Shown here in pieces: positions 54,735 through 64,000 of a stretch of 64,000 bases of DNA. A model generated the notes under the pieces. The model did no database searches. It saw only the letters and a list, made by a program, of their open reading frames with translations, and had not been told where the DNA came from. Each line of letters starts with the position of its first letter. Within the stretch, counting starts at the first letter, position 1. The stretch is from Planctomycetota bacterium. Lineage in GTDB: Bacteria > Planctomycetota > MHYJ01 > WSZJ01. Location: the NCBI GenBank assembly GCA_038060895.1, contig JBBTCT010000001.1:1-64000 (forward strand). The letters run 5' to 3'. Position numbers and translations under genes: made by a program.

Positions 54735-55571
54735 ATGCGCCTCGCACGCATCTTCCCCGCCATCGCGGCCTCCGCCGCCCTCGCCGCCCTCATGGCCACC
54801 GCCGCAGGCACCCCTCCGCCGCACGTCACGCGCCTCGACACCCTCGTCGCCGACCTCCGCGCGCAGACACTGGCCGGCCTTCGCTTCAATGGCACCGGCG
54901 ACACGCTCAACGACCACGTCAACGGCCACCTCGCGCTCTGGAAGGAAGACGGCAACCCGTTCGCCGAAAACCGCTCGCTGTGCAACCAGGTCGTCACGAT
55001 CGCGCTCAAGAAGGGCTGGGGGACAACCGACGCCGCCTGGAAGGCGAAGACCGGGTACGACTATCCCTCGAGCGAACATTTCTACTCTTCCATCCGCGAC
55101 GGGAAGGGCTTCGTGCGGATCACCGCGCTGGACGACGTCCTTCCCGGCGACGTGATCGCCCTCTGGTACGTCGACGACCCTTCCAGCAGCTATCCGTCGA
55201 CGACGGGGCACACGATGGTCGTGCGCACGCTCGCTCCCGTGATCGTCTACAAGTTCCCGAAGAAGAGCACGACGGTCCGCTTCCGCGACCTCGAGGTCTA
55301 CGACTCCAGCAACTCCGGCCACTCGATGGACACGCGCAGTTTCCTCGCGGGCGAACTCGGGGGGGGAAGCGCCGCGACGGAATGGAAAGGCGCGGGGCGC
55401 GGGTGGATGCGGATCTACGTCGACGGTGCGGGCAAGTACCTCGGCTACACGTGGAGCATGACCGGGACCAAAACGCAGCCGCCGGGGACGCCGCCCTCGT
55501 ATACGTACTACAGCAAGAACTTCAAATCGGAAGCGCTTCGGCATTTCATCGTCGGCCGGTACCTGCCTTAG
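54735..55571 (+). CDS. Secreted protein, tandem paralogue of 53660..54514
   Basis: Shares ENR..C, PGD, YPSTTGH, RFRD.EV.DS, GYTWSMTGTK.QPPGTPP, NFK.EA.RHF.VGR. Confidence 0.65.
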   Translation: MRLARIFPAIAASAALAALMATAAGTPPPHVTRLDTLVADLRAQTLAGLRFNGTGDTLNDHVNGHLALWKEDGNPFAENRSLCNQVVTIALKKGWGTTDAAWKAKTGYDYPSSEHFYSSIRDGKGFVRITALDDVLPGDVIALWYVDDPSSSYPSTTGHTMVVRTLAPVIVYKFPKKSTTVRFRDLEVYDSSNSGHSMDTRSFLAGELGGGSAATEWKGAGRGWMRIYVDGAGKYLGYTWSMTGTKTQPPGTPPSYTYYSKNFKSEALRHFIVGRYLP

Positions 55572-56605
55572 GACAACCCGTACCCCCCGATCACCGTCCG
55601 CCACTTCACGCTGCCTGCCCCGACCGGCACGGCGTGCATGACGACCTCGGGCTCGGCGAGGTGCGCGACGAACAGCGTTTCGTCCTCGACGGCCATCGCG
55701 GCGTACGGCGCGCCTTCCACAGCGATTTCGCCGACCGACTCGCCGGTCTCGCCGTCGAGAACCGCGATCTTCGCGTTCATGTCGAGGTAGAGCCGTCCGT
55801 TCCACTCCACCATCGACGCGGCGGTGCCCATCTTGCGCGACCAGCGTGGCTCGCCGGTAAGCGCCTCCAGCGCGCCGATGGCGCCCCCCGAGGAGGACGT
55901 CCAGAGCGTCTTCCCGTCCGTGACGAGCCGCTTCACTTCCGCGGGTCCGTCGGCGCTCCAGAGCTCCGATCCGTCGCCCAGATCCAACGAGCGCACGATG
56001 CCTGCAGGCGTTGCGACGTAGATCGCAGTGGGGGCGAGGACGTGGGCGGCAGCGTCGGAGATCCAGCGGCCGGGCCAGTTCTTTGAAAGCTCGGTCAAGG
56101 TCCCGTCGCTGGTGATCTGGAAGAGGAGGCGTTCGTGGGGGACGAGGACGGCGCGGAGGTCGGAGGGGTACTTGTGAAGAGCGACGCGGGTGTCGTCGAC
56201 GATTTCGCCGGAGGCGGGGTCGACCTGGAGAATGTTGACGGGGGCCTCGCTGACGAGCAGCCGGCCTGCGTGGAAGCACGGGACGCAGATGCCGCGGCCG
56301 CGAGGGAGGTGCCAGGCCTGGGTGCCTGAGCCGCGGCGAAGGGCGTAGAGCACACCGTTGCTGCGGCCGACGTAGACGTTGGCGAGGTCGGCGCACGCGG
56401 GGCCGAGAAGGTCCAGGGAGCTGTCGCCGCCGCCGAATTCCCAGCGGAGGGCGCCGGTCGCGCGGTCGAGGCAGACGAGGTGGTCGCTGTAAGCGGGACC
56501 GGCGTCGTTGGAGCCGAAAGTGAGGACGTCGTCGCGGCCGACGAGAGTGCGGCGGAAACCATGGAGAAACTCGGATTCGCGGGCTTGAGTTTGGAAGTCG
56601 GGCAT
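55568..56605 (-). CDS. PQQ-like beta-propeller repeat protein
   Basis: Repeated CLD..TG..RW, LYAL...G...W, ALE..TG..RW units. Confidence 0.7.
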   Translation of the reverse strand: MPDFQTQARESEFLHGFRRTLVGRDDVLTFGSNDAGPAYSDHLVCLDRATGALRWEFGGGDSSLDLLGPACADLANVYVGRSNGVLYALRRGSGTQAWHLPRGRGICVPCFHAGRLLVSEAPVNILQVDPASGEIVDDTRVALHKYPSDLRAVLVPHERLLFQITSDGTLTELSKNWPGRWISDAAAHVLAPTAIYVATPAGIVRSLDLGDGSELWSADGPAEVKRLVTDGKTLWTSSSGGAIGALEALTGEPRWSRKMGTAASMVEWNGRLYLDMNAKIAVLDGETGESVGEIAVEGAPYAAMAVEDETLFVAHLAEPEVVMHAVPVGAGSVKWRTVIGGYGLS

Positions 56606-56836
56606 GGGAGTAATCGTACAACGGGGAGTGCGCCGCCGCGCTTTGCTCGAATACGGGCACCGATGCATTGAATGTTGACGAAATCGCACCGAATTCCGGA
56701 AGGCGCAGCCGTCCTGACTGTTTCCCCAACCTCACGCTTTTTAAGGGTTTAAGACATTCTCCGGGAAACCGCCTCCCGCGGCACGCCGTTCGTAATTACC
56801 TCAACCGGCGGGGGCCACGACTGACCGGAGGTTGCC

Positions 56837-57577
56837 ATGCGCGTCGCTTCTTTCGCACTTTCCCTCGCGATCGCTTCCCTCTTCGCCCTCCCTGTCGCGG
56901 CCGATCCGACCGCGCCACTCGATGCAAAGTCCCGCGTGGCGGCGCTCCAGGTCGCGCTCAAAGCGACCGACGAACCCGCGAAGAAAACCGCCATCGAAAA
57001 CTGCGGCGCCACGCCGCACGCTGCCACTGCTTCCGCTCTTGCTGCCGTTCTCTCGAAGGAATCCGACGCGCTTCGCATCGCGGCTGCACAGTCGCTGGGG
57101 AGAATGAAGGGGATCCCCGAGGCGGTCCAGGTCCTTCACGGCGGCATTGGCGCGAACCTGAAGAAGCCGGCGGTGCTGGAAGCGATCTTCGCCGCCGTCG
57201 GGGCGCTCGCGGACCGGGGTTCGATCGCGGTCTGCCGCGATTTCGCGGTGCAGTTCGTGTCGTCGAAGGAAGCGGCCTTTTCGGCGCCGGTGAAAGCGGC
57301 GCTCGAGGCGCTGGGGCAGATCCGGCACAAGGACAGCGTGGATGCGCTGGTGACGGCGCGGGCGAAATTCGCGACGAATGCCGGCGCGATCCTCGCGGAC
57401 ACGATGGCGGTGGCCGAAGGCGCGGCGGGCGCGGCGCAGGAGAAGCTGACCGGCGGCAACGGCGCGAGGGCGGCGGTGTTCGCGAAGTGGTGGAAGTCGC
57501 ACGGGTCGGAGTTCAACGACGACCTGACGCCGCGGCCGGTGGGGATGAGGCGCGGCGGCTACGACGGAGGCTACTGA
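56837..57577 (+). CDS. Secreted HEAT/PBS-lyase-like repeat protein
   Basis: RBS GGAGG, signal peptide, R.AAA..LG, ALEALG.IR.K.SV.AL, KWW. Confidence 0.75.
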   Translation: MRVASFALSLAIASLFALPVAADPTAPLDAKSRVAALQVALKATDEPAKKTAIENCGATPHAATASALAAVLSKESDALRIAAAQSLGRMKGIPEAVQVLHGGIGANLKKPAVLEAIFAAVGALADRGSIAVCRDFAVQFVSSKEAAFSAPVKAALEALGQIRHKDSVDALVTARAKFATNAGAILADTMAVAEGAAGAAQEKLTGGNGARAAVFAKWWKSHGSEFNDDLTPRPVGMRRGGYDGGY

Positions 57578-57578
57578 A

Positions 57579-58304
57579 ATGAATCGACTCCTCGTCATCC
57601 TGGCACTCCTGCCGGCGGCGACGGTGTTCGCGGAAAACGCGGCGCCGACCAACGCAGAGGCGCAGGCCGCGATCGGCAAACTGCGCGACACTTCGAAGCC
57701 CCGTGACGAGTCAGGGTGGAAAGCGGCCATCGCGGAGGCGGCGAGGTGCCGTCACGCTTCCGTCGTATTCGAGCTCTCTGCGTTCCTGAAGTCGGACAGC
57801 GAGGCGCAGCGCGTGTCGGCGGCGGAAGCACTGGGGACGATGCAGGGTCTGGCGGAGCCGGCGAAAGCGCTGGTGGCGGCGATCGCCCCGAACGTCGCGC
57901 GCGTCGCGACGCTCGAGGCCCTTCTCAAGGCGCTCGGCGCGCTGGGCGATCCGGCCGCAGTGCCGACGCTCAAGGCTGACGCGCTGGCGTGGCTTTGCGA
58001 AGCGGGCGCCGACCGGGGCCGCGCGCTCAACGCCGCGGCGGAGGCGCTTGGCGGGATCCGCTGCAAGGGGTCGGTGGAAGCGCTGATCGAGTTGAAGGCG
58101 AAGTGTTCGGGCGGGCCGGGGCAGCCGACGGCGGTGAGGAATGCAACCGCAACGCGGATTCACGCCTCGCTGACGAAGCTCACGGGAGTGACGGTGCTTC
58201 CCAAGGGAGATCTGGCGAAGTGGTGGGCTGGGCTCGCGCCGAAGTTCAACGAAGACCTGACACCGGTCCCGGGTGGAGGGCCCATGAAGGGGATGAAGAA
58301 GTAA
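57579..58304 (+). CDS. Secreted HEAT repeat protein, tandem paralogue
   Basis: Same motifs as the upstream gene, including KLTG...KWW...FN.DLTP.P. Confidence 0.75.
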   Translation: MNRLLVILALLPAATVFAENAAPTNAEAQAAIGKLRDTSKPRDESGWKAAIAEAARCRHASVVFELSAFLKSDSEAQRVSAAEALGTMQGLAEPAKALVAAIAPNVARVATLEALLKALGALGDPAAVPTLKADALAWLCEAGADRGRALNAAAEALGGIRCKGSVEALIELKAKCSGGPGQPTAVRNATATRIHASLTKLTGVTVLPKGDLAKWWAGLAPKFNEDLTPVPGGGPMKGMKK

Positions 58305-58382
58305 CGTAACGGTCGGGAGATGGCAGGCGGGAGCGATCCAATTTCAATCGCGGCGCGTATCTGGTGCATGCACAATTCGAGC

Positions 58383-58961
58383 ATGCGCCTCACACTCTTC
58401 GCCGCGCTCGCTGCGTTTATCGCCGGCTGCGGCGACTCCCGGAATGAACAGAAAGGACCGGTTCCCATGCCCGCCAACGTCCAGACCGCCACGTTCTCGG
58501 GAGGTTGCTTCTGGGGCGTGGAGGACCTGATCCGCAAGGTCGAGGGCGTCGTGGACACCGAGGTCGGCTACACGGGCGGCCATCTCGAAAACCCGCGCTA
58601 CGACGACACGCACGACAGCGCCTCAGGCCATGCAGAAGCGGTGCAGGTGAAATTTGATCCTGCGAAGGTGAGCTACGAGCATCTGCTGCAGCTCTTCTTC
58701 CGGCTCCACGATCCGACGACGCTGAACCGCCAGGGGAACGACAAAGGGACGCAATACCGTTCGGCGATCTTCTATCACAACGAGGAACAGAAGAAGATCG
58801 CGGAGAAGGTGAAAGACGAGGTGAACAAATCCGGAAAGTGGAAGAATCCGGTCGCGACGACGCTCGAGCCGTTCACGAAGTGGTGGCCGGGAGAGGAGTA
58901 CCACCAGGATTACCTGCAGAAGAACCCGCGGGGGTACACGTGTCATTACTGGCGGGATTAG
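58383..58961 (+). CDS. msrA: Peptide-methionine (S)-S-oxide reductase with lipoprotein signal
   Basis: GGCFWGVE, GY.GG, GHAEAV, HDPT..NRQGND.GTQYRSAIF, EEYHQDY; lipobox IAG-C. Confidence 0.95.
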   Translation: MRLTLFAALAAFIAGCGDSRNEQKGPVPMPANVQTATFSGGCFWGVEDLIRKVEGVVDTEVGYTGGHLENPRYDDTHDSASGHAEAVQVKFDPAKVSYEHLLQLFFRLHDPTTLNRQGNDKGTQYRSAIFYHNEEQKKIAEKVKDEVNKSGKWKNPVATTLEPFTKWWPGEEYHQDYLQKNPRGYTCHYWRD

Positions 58962-58966
58962 CGGGG

Positions 58967-59060
58967 GAAAAAGGCCAGGACACCTCCAAATCCCAACCTG
59001 AATTGCCGGGTTGGGATTTGGAGTTGGAGTTGGGATTTGGAGTTGTCCTGGCCGTTTTTC
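58967..59060. repeat. Hairpin of TTGGGAT/TTGGAG units; probable bidirectional terminator
   Basis: 25-bp inverted repeat (1 mismatch) with A/T tracts at both ends, between convergent genes. Same unit vocabulary as 34631-34768. Confidence 0.75.
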
Positions 59061-60156
59061 ACCTCGCGGCAGCCCTCCACACCAGGTGATACCCACTCTC
59101 GGTCTCGACCATCTCCCACGTCTCGGCCTTCATCCCTTTCACCTTGTCTTCCAGCTTCTTCCCGTACGCCGCGATCTGCTCCATCGAAATCAGGCCCTTC
59201 TTCTCCTTCGTCGCCGCGTCGTCTGACTCCTCCAGCGCTGCCTCGAGCGTCAGTTCCTTCTTCTTCAGCTTCGCGAAGCGCGCGTCGGCGATGGACTTCG
59301 CCTGCATCTTGTTCCTCGTCACTTCCGCCGGCGACTTGGCCGTTTTCCAGGCGATGTAGACGTGAAAGTAGTCAGGCGGCGGAGCCGGGCGGCCCTTCGG
59401 CGGGGCGAGGGCGTGGTCGGGGGTCTTGGGGAGCGTCCTGACGTCGCCCTTTTCCGCGGGGTCGAGGATGAAATTGATCGCGTCGTTGATGTAGATCGCG
59501 TCGGGCAGGTCGTGCCCCAGCTCGCTGACTTCGCGGAACGCCGTTCCCGGCGCGAACTTCTCGACGGCCTTCCTCGCCTCTGGCGCGAGCGAAAAGTTCG
59601 CGTCCTGCACCCCGAGGAAAACGACCGCGCGAAGTCCTTTCCAGTCTCCTGACTTTCCGCCCGGCACCGCCGGCGCTGCACAGATGACGGCTCCCGCAAA
59701 GAGCTGCCTGTTCTTCGGCGCGAGAATGCACGTCATCGCGCCGCCCGCGGAGAAGCCGTGGACAATCACGCGCTTCGCGTCGACCTTGTAAGTCGCGATC
59801 GCGTAGTTCGCGACGTCGATGATTCCCTTCTCGTCCTTCGCCGTGTTGTAGCCGTACCCGGGGCCGGTCTTGTCGCTGGCCTGGTAGGCGACCCAGACGT
59901 CGCCGCGATGCTCCGCGACTCCCTGGCCGAACTGGAGCATCGAAGCAGGGTTGCCGCCGTGGCCGTGAAGCGAGAGGACCATGCCGGGGGCTTCGCCCGG
60001 CTTGATGGATTTCGCGACGTAGACCTTGCAGAGCACGCCGGACTCGAGTGTGACGACGTCGAACTCGCCTTCTTTCTCAACCGACTTCGCTTTTGGTGTC
60101 TGCGCGAAAGCGGGAAGGGAGAGGAACAGTGCGGCGAGGAGACAGAGAGGGCGCAT
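59059..60156 (-). CDS. Secreted alpha/beta hydrolase fused to a parvulin (PpiC)-like domain
   Basis: LHGHGG, GFSAGG, G..D, LGH; C-terminal FH..IAW....R...A...A, ESDD, VET.SGYH. Confidence 0.7.
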   Translation of the reverse strand: MRPLCLLAALFLSLPAFAQTPKAKSVEKEGEFDVVTLESGVLCKVYVAKSIKPGEAPGMVLSLHGHGGNPASMLQFGQGVAEHRGDVWVAYQASDKTGPGYGYNTAKDEKGIIDVANYAIATYKVDAKRVIVHGFSAGGAMTCILAPKNRQLFAGAVICAAPAVPGGKSGDWKGLRAVVFLGVQDANFSLAPEARKAVEKFAPGTAFREVSELGHDLPDAIYINDAINFILDPAEKGDVRTLPKTPDHALAPPKGRPAPPPDYFHVYIAWKTAKSPAEVTRNKMQAKSIADARFAKLKKKELTLEAALEESDDAATKEKKGLISMEQIAAYGKKLEDKVKGMKAETWEMVETESGYHLVWRAAAR

Positions 60157-60166
60157 GCGGGATTCC

Positions 60167-61351
60167 TTATTTCTGCACGACCTCACTCTGAAACACCCCG
60201 AACATCTTCGCGAACTTTTTCTCCACCAGCTGGACCTTGAAGGTCCCCGCCGCGCCCTGCAACGGGCCCTTCCAGTCGTCGATCGTCCCCTGCGGGCAGA
60301 TGCTGAGGTTTCCCTGAAGCACGGGTTTTGGCGCGCTGCCGCTCCACACCGTGATCTCGGGAGTGAGCTTGACGGGAGAAATGTTGACGTATTCTTCGCC
60401 GCCGGAGCCCCAGGCGTGGACCTCGACACCCTTCATGGCCAGCACGCCCTTGTCCAGGCTGCACGCGAACGTGATCTTGAGGTCCATCCCCCACGCGGCC
60501 GCCGCCGTCGCGCCGGGATTCACTTCGATCGGGGACATCGTGCCCTTGCGCATCTCCGCTTTCTGGCCGCCGGCGGAAGCGCCGACTTCGCCGCCGACCA
60601 GTTCGTAACTGCCGGCCGGGAGCGTGAAAGCCTTGTACTTGCCGACGACGTTGAACGCGAGGTCTCCCGAGCGGAAGACGGCGGCGAGCAGTTTGCCCTG
60701 GGTCTTGTACCCCGTCACCGCGTCGAGCTTCCCTGTCTCGCCCTTGTACGGACGCACCCAGAGGCGCCGGCCCGAGGGCGCGACGCGCAGCTCGTTCAGG
60801 ACGCCGCCGAGCACGACCACCTTTGACAGCGGAGTCGCGTAGGGAGTCGCGCCCACGGCGACGGCGTCCCTGCCGTAACCGTCGTACATCCCGTCGTTGC
60901 TCTGGTCGATCAGGGCAATCACCTCGCCGCCGACGCTGCCTCTCCAGTAGCCTGCGCGCTCGAAGTTCCAGGTCTTCTTCTGTATTTTTCTGAAGAAGCG
61001 CGCCAGGTAGGGCGCCGAGAAGCCGTCGGCGTACGTGAGCACGAGCTGGGCCGTCGCGCCGTCGCTCTTCAGTTTTTCGTGTTCCTTGCCATCGCCGACG
61101 GTATCAACGCCGATTGCGAAGTCGGTCGGGAAGACGGCGACGCCGTTTCCGCCTTTGGTCGGAAGTGCGAGCGTGGCGCCCGTGACGGGGGTCTCGGCGC
61201 CGTGGAAGCAGGTGAAGGGAAAATCCTTCGGGCACGGGACATACGCGAGGTCGGCGGATTTCCAGCCGTCGCCTTCGGGTTTACCGGCGTCGGGGTTATC
61301 GGCCCGTGCGGCGAGGGCGAGCAGGGAGATGAGGAGGACGGCGCGCAGCAT
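60167..61351 (-). CDS. Secreted hypothetical protein
   Basis: RBS AGGAG, signal peptide, D..GDG and DQSNDG.YD candidate Ca-binding motifs. Confidence 0.65.
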   Translation of the reverse strand: MLRAVLLISLLALAARADNPDAGKPEGDGWKSADLAYVPCPKDFPFTCFHGAETPVTGATLALPTKGGNGVAVFPTDFAIGVDTVGDGKEHEKLKSDGATAQLVLTYADGFSAPYLARFFRKIQKKTWNFERAGYWRGSVGGEVIALIDQSNDGMYDGYGRDAVAVGATPYATPLSKVVVLGGVLNELRVAPSGRRLWVRPYKGETGKLDAVTGYKTQGKLLAAVFRSGDLAFNVVGKYKAFTLPAGSYELVGGEVGASAGGQKAEMRKGTMSPIEVNPGATAAAAWGMDLKITFACSLDKGVLAMKGVEVHAWGSGGEEYVNISPVKLTPEITVWSGSAPKPVLQGNLSICPQGTIDDWKGPLQGAAGTFKVQLVEKKFAKMFGVFQSEVVQK

Positions 61352-61486
61352 GACTTCTCCTATGAATTGGATAGGCTTTGCCGATGCGAAGGAGCATGCA
61401 TAACCAGACTCCCACGCTTCAAGGACGCCCGCCCCGCGGAAACGTAACACCGCGTTTTCCGCCGCTCTTCGCTTAGCATTCCGCCC

Positions 61487-61918
61487 ATGAGACTCCTCCC
61501 CGCACTGTTCGCCGCCGCGTTGCTCGCCGGCTGCGCTTCAACGGACAAACCGGCCGCGACCGTCGGCCTGGTGAAAATCCCGGTGACAGACGTTGCGAAG
61601 GCGTCGGCGTTCTACCGGGAAACACTCGGCCTCAAGGAAGAATTCGCGGTCCCTGAATTCGGGTGGGCGCAGTACGAGACCGGCGCGGTGCCGCTCTGCC
61701 TCTACGTGCCGGGCAAAGGTGGCGGAAGCGGCGTCCCGGGCCATTGCGACAGCGTGCATCTGGTAGTGGGGGATGCGACGGCGTTTCATGATGCGGTCGC
61801 GAAGCGGTGCAAGTCGCCGGTGGGGGCGGTGATGAAAAGCGAGGATGGGAACGTGTTCTTTGAAATCCGGGATCTGGACGGGAACACGATCAAGGTGATG
61901 CAGGAAGAACGGCGGTAG
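61487..61918 (+). CDS. VOC/glyoxalase family lipoprotein
   Basis: Lipobox LAG-C; V.DV.KA..FY...LG, V.D, F...D.DGN.I. Confidence 0.85.
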   Translation: MRLLPALFAAALLAGCASTDKPAATVGLVKIPVTDVAKASAFYRETLGLKEEFAVPEFGWAQYETGAVPLCLYVPGKGGGSGVPGHCDSVHLVVGDATAFHDAVAKRCKSPVGAVMKSEDGNVFFEIRDLDGNTIKVMQEERR

Positions 61919-61938
61919 GCGTTTGAAAAACGACTTGA

Positions 61939-62054
61939 ACCACAGAGTCACCGAGAGAACGGCGTCCTCGAACAGTCGAATCCATGCCGGCGGAGCCAGC
62001 GCGATCTCGGCTCGTGAAATGAAGTTGTTCTCCGTGCCTCTGTGACTCAGTGGT
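61939..62054. repeat. ACCACAGAG-type intergenic inverted-repeat element
   Basis: ACCACAGAGTCACCGAG ... CTCTGTGACTCAGTGGT, 17-bp arms with 2 mismatches. Confidence 0.6.
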
Positions 62055-62103
62055 GAGCCTTTGACGTTTTTCTTCGCAGGTCAACCCAGGTGAGGAACTC
62101 GTC

Positions 62104-64000
62104 GTGCGAAACGGTTTCGTCCAGGTTCAGGCAGCATTCCTCGCCGCGCTCTGCGGCTGCGGAGGCGGCGAACACGCCTCCGACAAGCCCGCGCCCATCG
62201 AGATCACGATCGACCGCGACGACATCGACGTGACGACGGACGTGCGCGTGAAGCCCGGCGTGTACCGGATCTCCGATGCGAATGGCGACGGCGTGCTGCG
62301 CGTGAAGACGGACGGTGTGACGGTGGACCTCACGGGCGTAACGCTCGTGGGCGCCCCCGACGGCGCGATGCCGGACTCGTTCGAGGGCATTGCGGTGCGC
62401 GTTGACGGCGCGGCCGGCGTGCGGATCAAGGGCGGCACGATGCGCGGCTACCGCGGCGGGATCTACCTGAAGGACTGCAAGGGCGTGTTCGTCGAGGGCG
62501 CGGACGTTTCCGACAACCGCGCGCAGCGCCTGAAGTCCACGCCCACCCGCTGCGACGACGGCGCGGACTGGCTCGGTCCGCACTTCAATGACAAGAACGA
62601 GTGGTGGAGCGAGTACGGCGCCGGGATCTATCTCGACAACTGCCAGGTTTGTGCCGTCACCGGTTGCCGCGGGCGGCGTACGCAGAACGGGATCATTCTG
62701 CGCGACACGACCGACTCGTTCGTGACGGACAACGACATGAGCTGGATGAGCGGCTGGGGAATCGGGATGTGGCGCTCGTCGAAGAACGAGATCAGCCACA
62801 ACCGCTGCGACTACGGTGTGCGCGGGTATTCGTACGGCGTGTACGACCGCGGGCAGGATTCGTCGGGGATCCTGATGTTCGAGCAGTGCTCCGACAACGT
62901 CATCGCGTACAACTCCGCGACGCACGGCGGCGACGGGATTTTCATGTACGCCGGACACGAGACGACGCAGCGCACGGGCGAAGGCGGCTGCAACCGCAAC
63001 CTCCTCTACCGGAACGATTTCTCGCACGCGGTCGCCAACGCGATCGAGTGCACGTTCTCCGACGGCAACCGCTTTATCGAAAACAGGCTCGACGATTCCA
63101 ACTACGGGATCTGGGCCGGGTATTCGTTCAACACGATCATCGCGGGCAACATCTGCCGCGACGCGCGCATCGCCGGTGTCGCGATCGAGCACGGGTTCGC
63201 GAACCGGATCGAGGGAAACGTCTTCGAAAGATGCTCGACCGGCATCGAAGCCTGGTGGGACGACGACGCAGATCTCATGGGCGGCGTGTACGGAAAGAAA
63301 CGCCACTGCCGCTCCGAGGACTACGAAATCACCCTCAACCGCTTCCGCAATTGCAAGCTCGGCCTCCGCCTCGGCCAGACCGGCGACGTCGCCGTGCAGA
63401 GCAACGAATTTGAACGCTGCGGCCGCGTCGCCGACTTCAAAGGGACCTGCCCCGATTTCCGTTTCGATTTCAACCGCGTCCTCGGCCAGTCGCCGGGCTG
63501 GTTCCGCAACGACACCGGGTCGAAGATCGAGATCGGCCCGTGCCTCTGGAAGGACGGGAAGCCCGCAGACACCGACGACGTCGTGTACTCGCTCGGCCCG
63601 GAGTCGCTGAACCTCGATTTCACGGCGATTTCGCACAAGGAGAAGGAGCCGGAGCTGCACGGCAAGATCGACGCAATGCTGCCGAAGGACGCGAAGCGCG
63701 GGATGAAGACGATCGTGGTGGACGAGTGGGGGCCGTGCGACCCGGCGGTGGCGAAGATTTTCCCCGCGCGGCAGACAGCGTGGGAGCAAGCGGAGTTCTT
63801 CGTGTTCGGGCCGGAAGGGACGTGGAGGGCCGTCGAGAAGAACGTGGCGGACCTGAAGGAAGACGGCGGAACCGTGCCCGGAAAAGTGATCGTCGTTGGT
63901 TTCCTGAACGCAAGCGTGGAAGAGTTCTCATTCACCATCGAAACGTCCGCGGGCGCACGGCTGAAGGCGTCCGGCGTCCTGCTTCGGGCGTCCTGGGACG
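62104..64000 (+). CDS. Right-handed parallel beta-helix (NosD/pectin-lyase-like) lipoprotein, truncated by the window edge
   Basis: GTG after GAGGA, lipobox LCG-C, repeated GIYL, QNGI, GWGIG.WRSS.N, GQDSSGIL..EQ, HGGDG.F. The frame appears open to 64000, so it is absent from the ORF track. Confidence 0.8.
   Translation, partial: MRNGFVQVQAAFLAALCGCGGGEHASDKPAPIEITIDRDDIDVTTDVRVKPGVYRISDANGDGVLRVKTDGVTVDLTGVTLVGAPDGAMPDSFEGIAVRVDGAAGVRIKGGTMRGYRGGIYLKDCKGVFVEGADVSDNRAQRLKSTPTRCDDGADWLGPHFNDKNEWWSEYGAGIYLDNCQVCAVTGCRGRRTQNGIILRDTTDSFVTDNDMSWMSGWGIGMWRSSKNEISHNRCDYGVRGYSYGVYDRGQDSSGILMFEQCSDNVIAYNSATHGGDGIFMYAGHETTQRTGEGGCNRNLLYRNDFSHAVANAIECTFSDGNRFIENRLDDSNYGIWAGYSFNTIIAGNICRDARIAGVAIEHGFANRIEGNVFERCSTGIEAWWDDDADLMGGVYGKKRHCRSEDYEITLNRFRNCKLGLRLGQTGDVAVQSNEFERCGRVADFKGTCPDFRFDFNRVLGQSPGWFRNDTGSKIEIGPCLWKDGKPADTDDVVYSLGPESLNLDFTAISHKEKEPELHGKIDAMLPKDAKRGMKTIVVDEWGPCDPAVAKIFPARQTAWEQAEFFVFGPEGTWRAVEKNVADLKEDGGTVPGKVIVVGFLNASVEEFSFTIETSAGARLKASGVLLRASWD

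Noticed and set aside
62047-63789. Long antisense and alternate-frame ORFs in the track (this one and many others)
   Set aside because: Shadow ORFs typical of high-GC DNA; Arg/Pro-rich, motif-free and overlapping well-supported genes.

Overview
High-GC bacterial chromosomal window. The gene content (five Hanks-type Ser/Thr kinases, kinase/FGE-sulfatase proteins, DUF4388 and MshEN signalling proteins, many secreted hypotheticals) suggests Planctomycetota, which is an inference. About 50 CDS and one tRNA-Leu(TAA) are supported. I found no CRISPR array, integrase or transposase. The main signal is hidden by the ORF track: four minus-strand genes are split only by in-frame TGA codons (9 in total). 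These codons sit at metal-binding or redox Cys positions, and each TGA cluster is followed by a bacterial SECIS-like hairpin. Three of the genes form an operon at 24906-27201: two PDZ+thioredoxin-like paralogues with an adjacent TGA-TGA (Sec-Sec) pair, and an HMA(UxxU)+thioredoxin(UxxC) lipoprotein. The fourth is a UxU lipoprotein in an ArsR-regulated operon at 158-2014. Also notable: an HMf-like bacterial histone gene coupled to a class III cyclase, and several long intergenic hairpins. Two hairpins share a REP-like core with locus-specific outer arms, and two others flank the tRNA. All family assignments come from manual motif reading; no database searches or folding programs were run.
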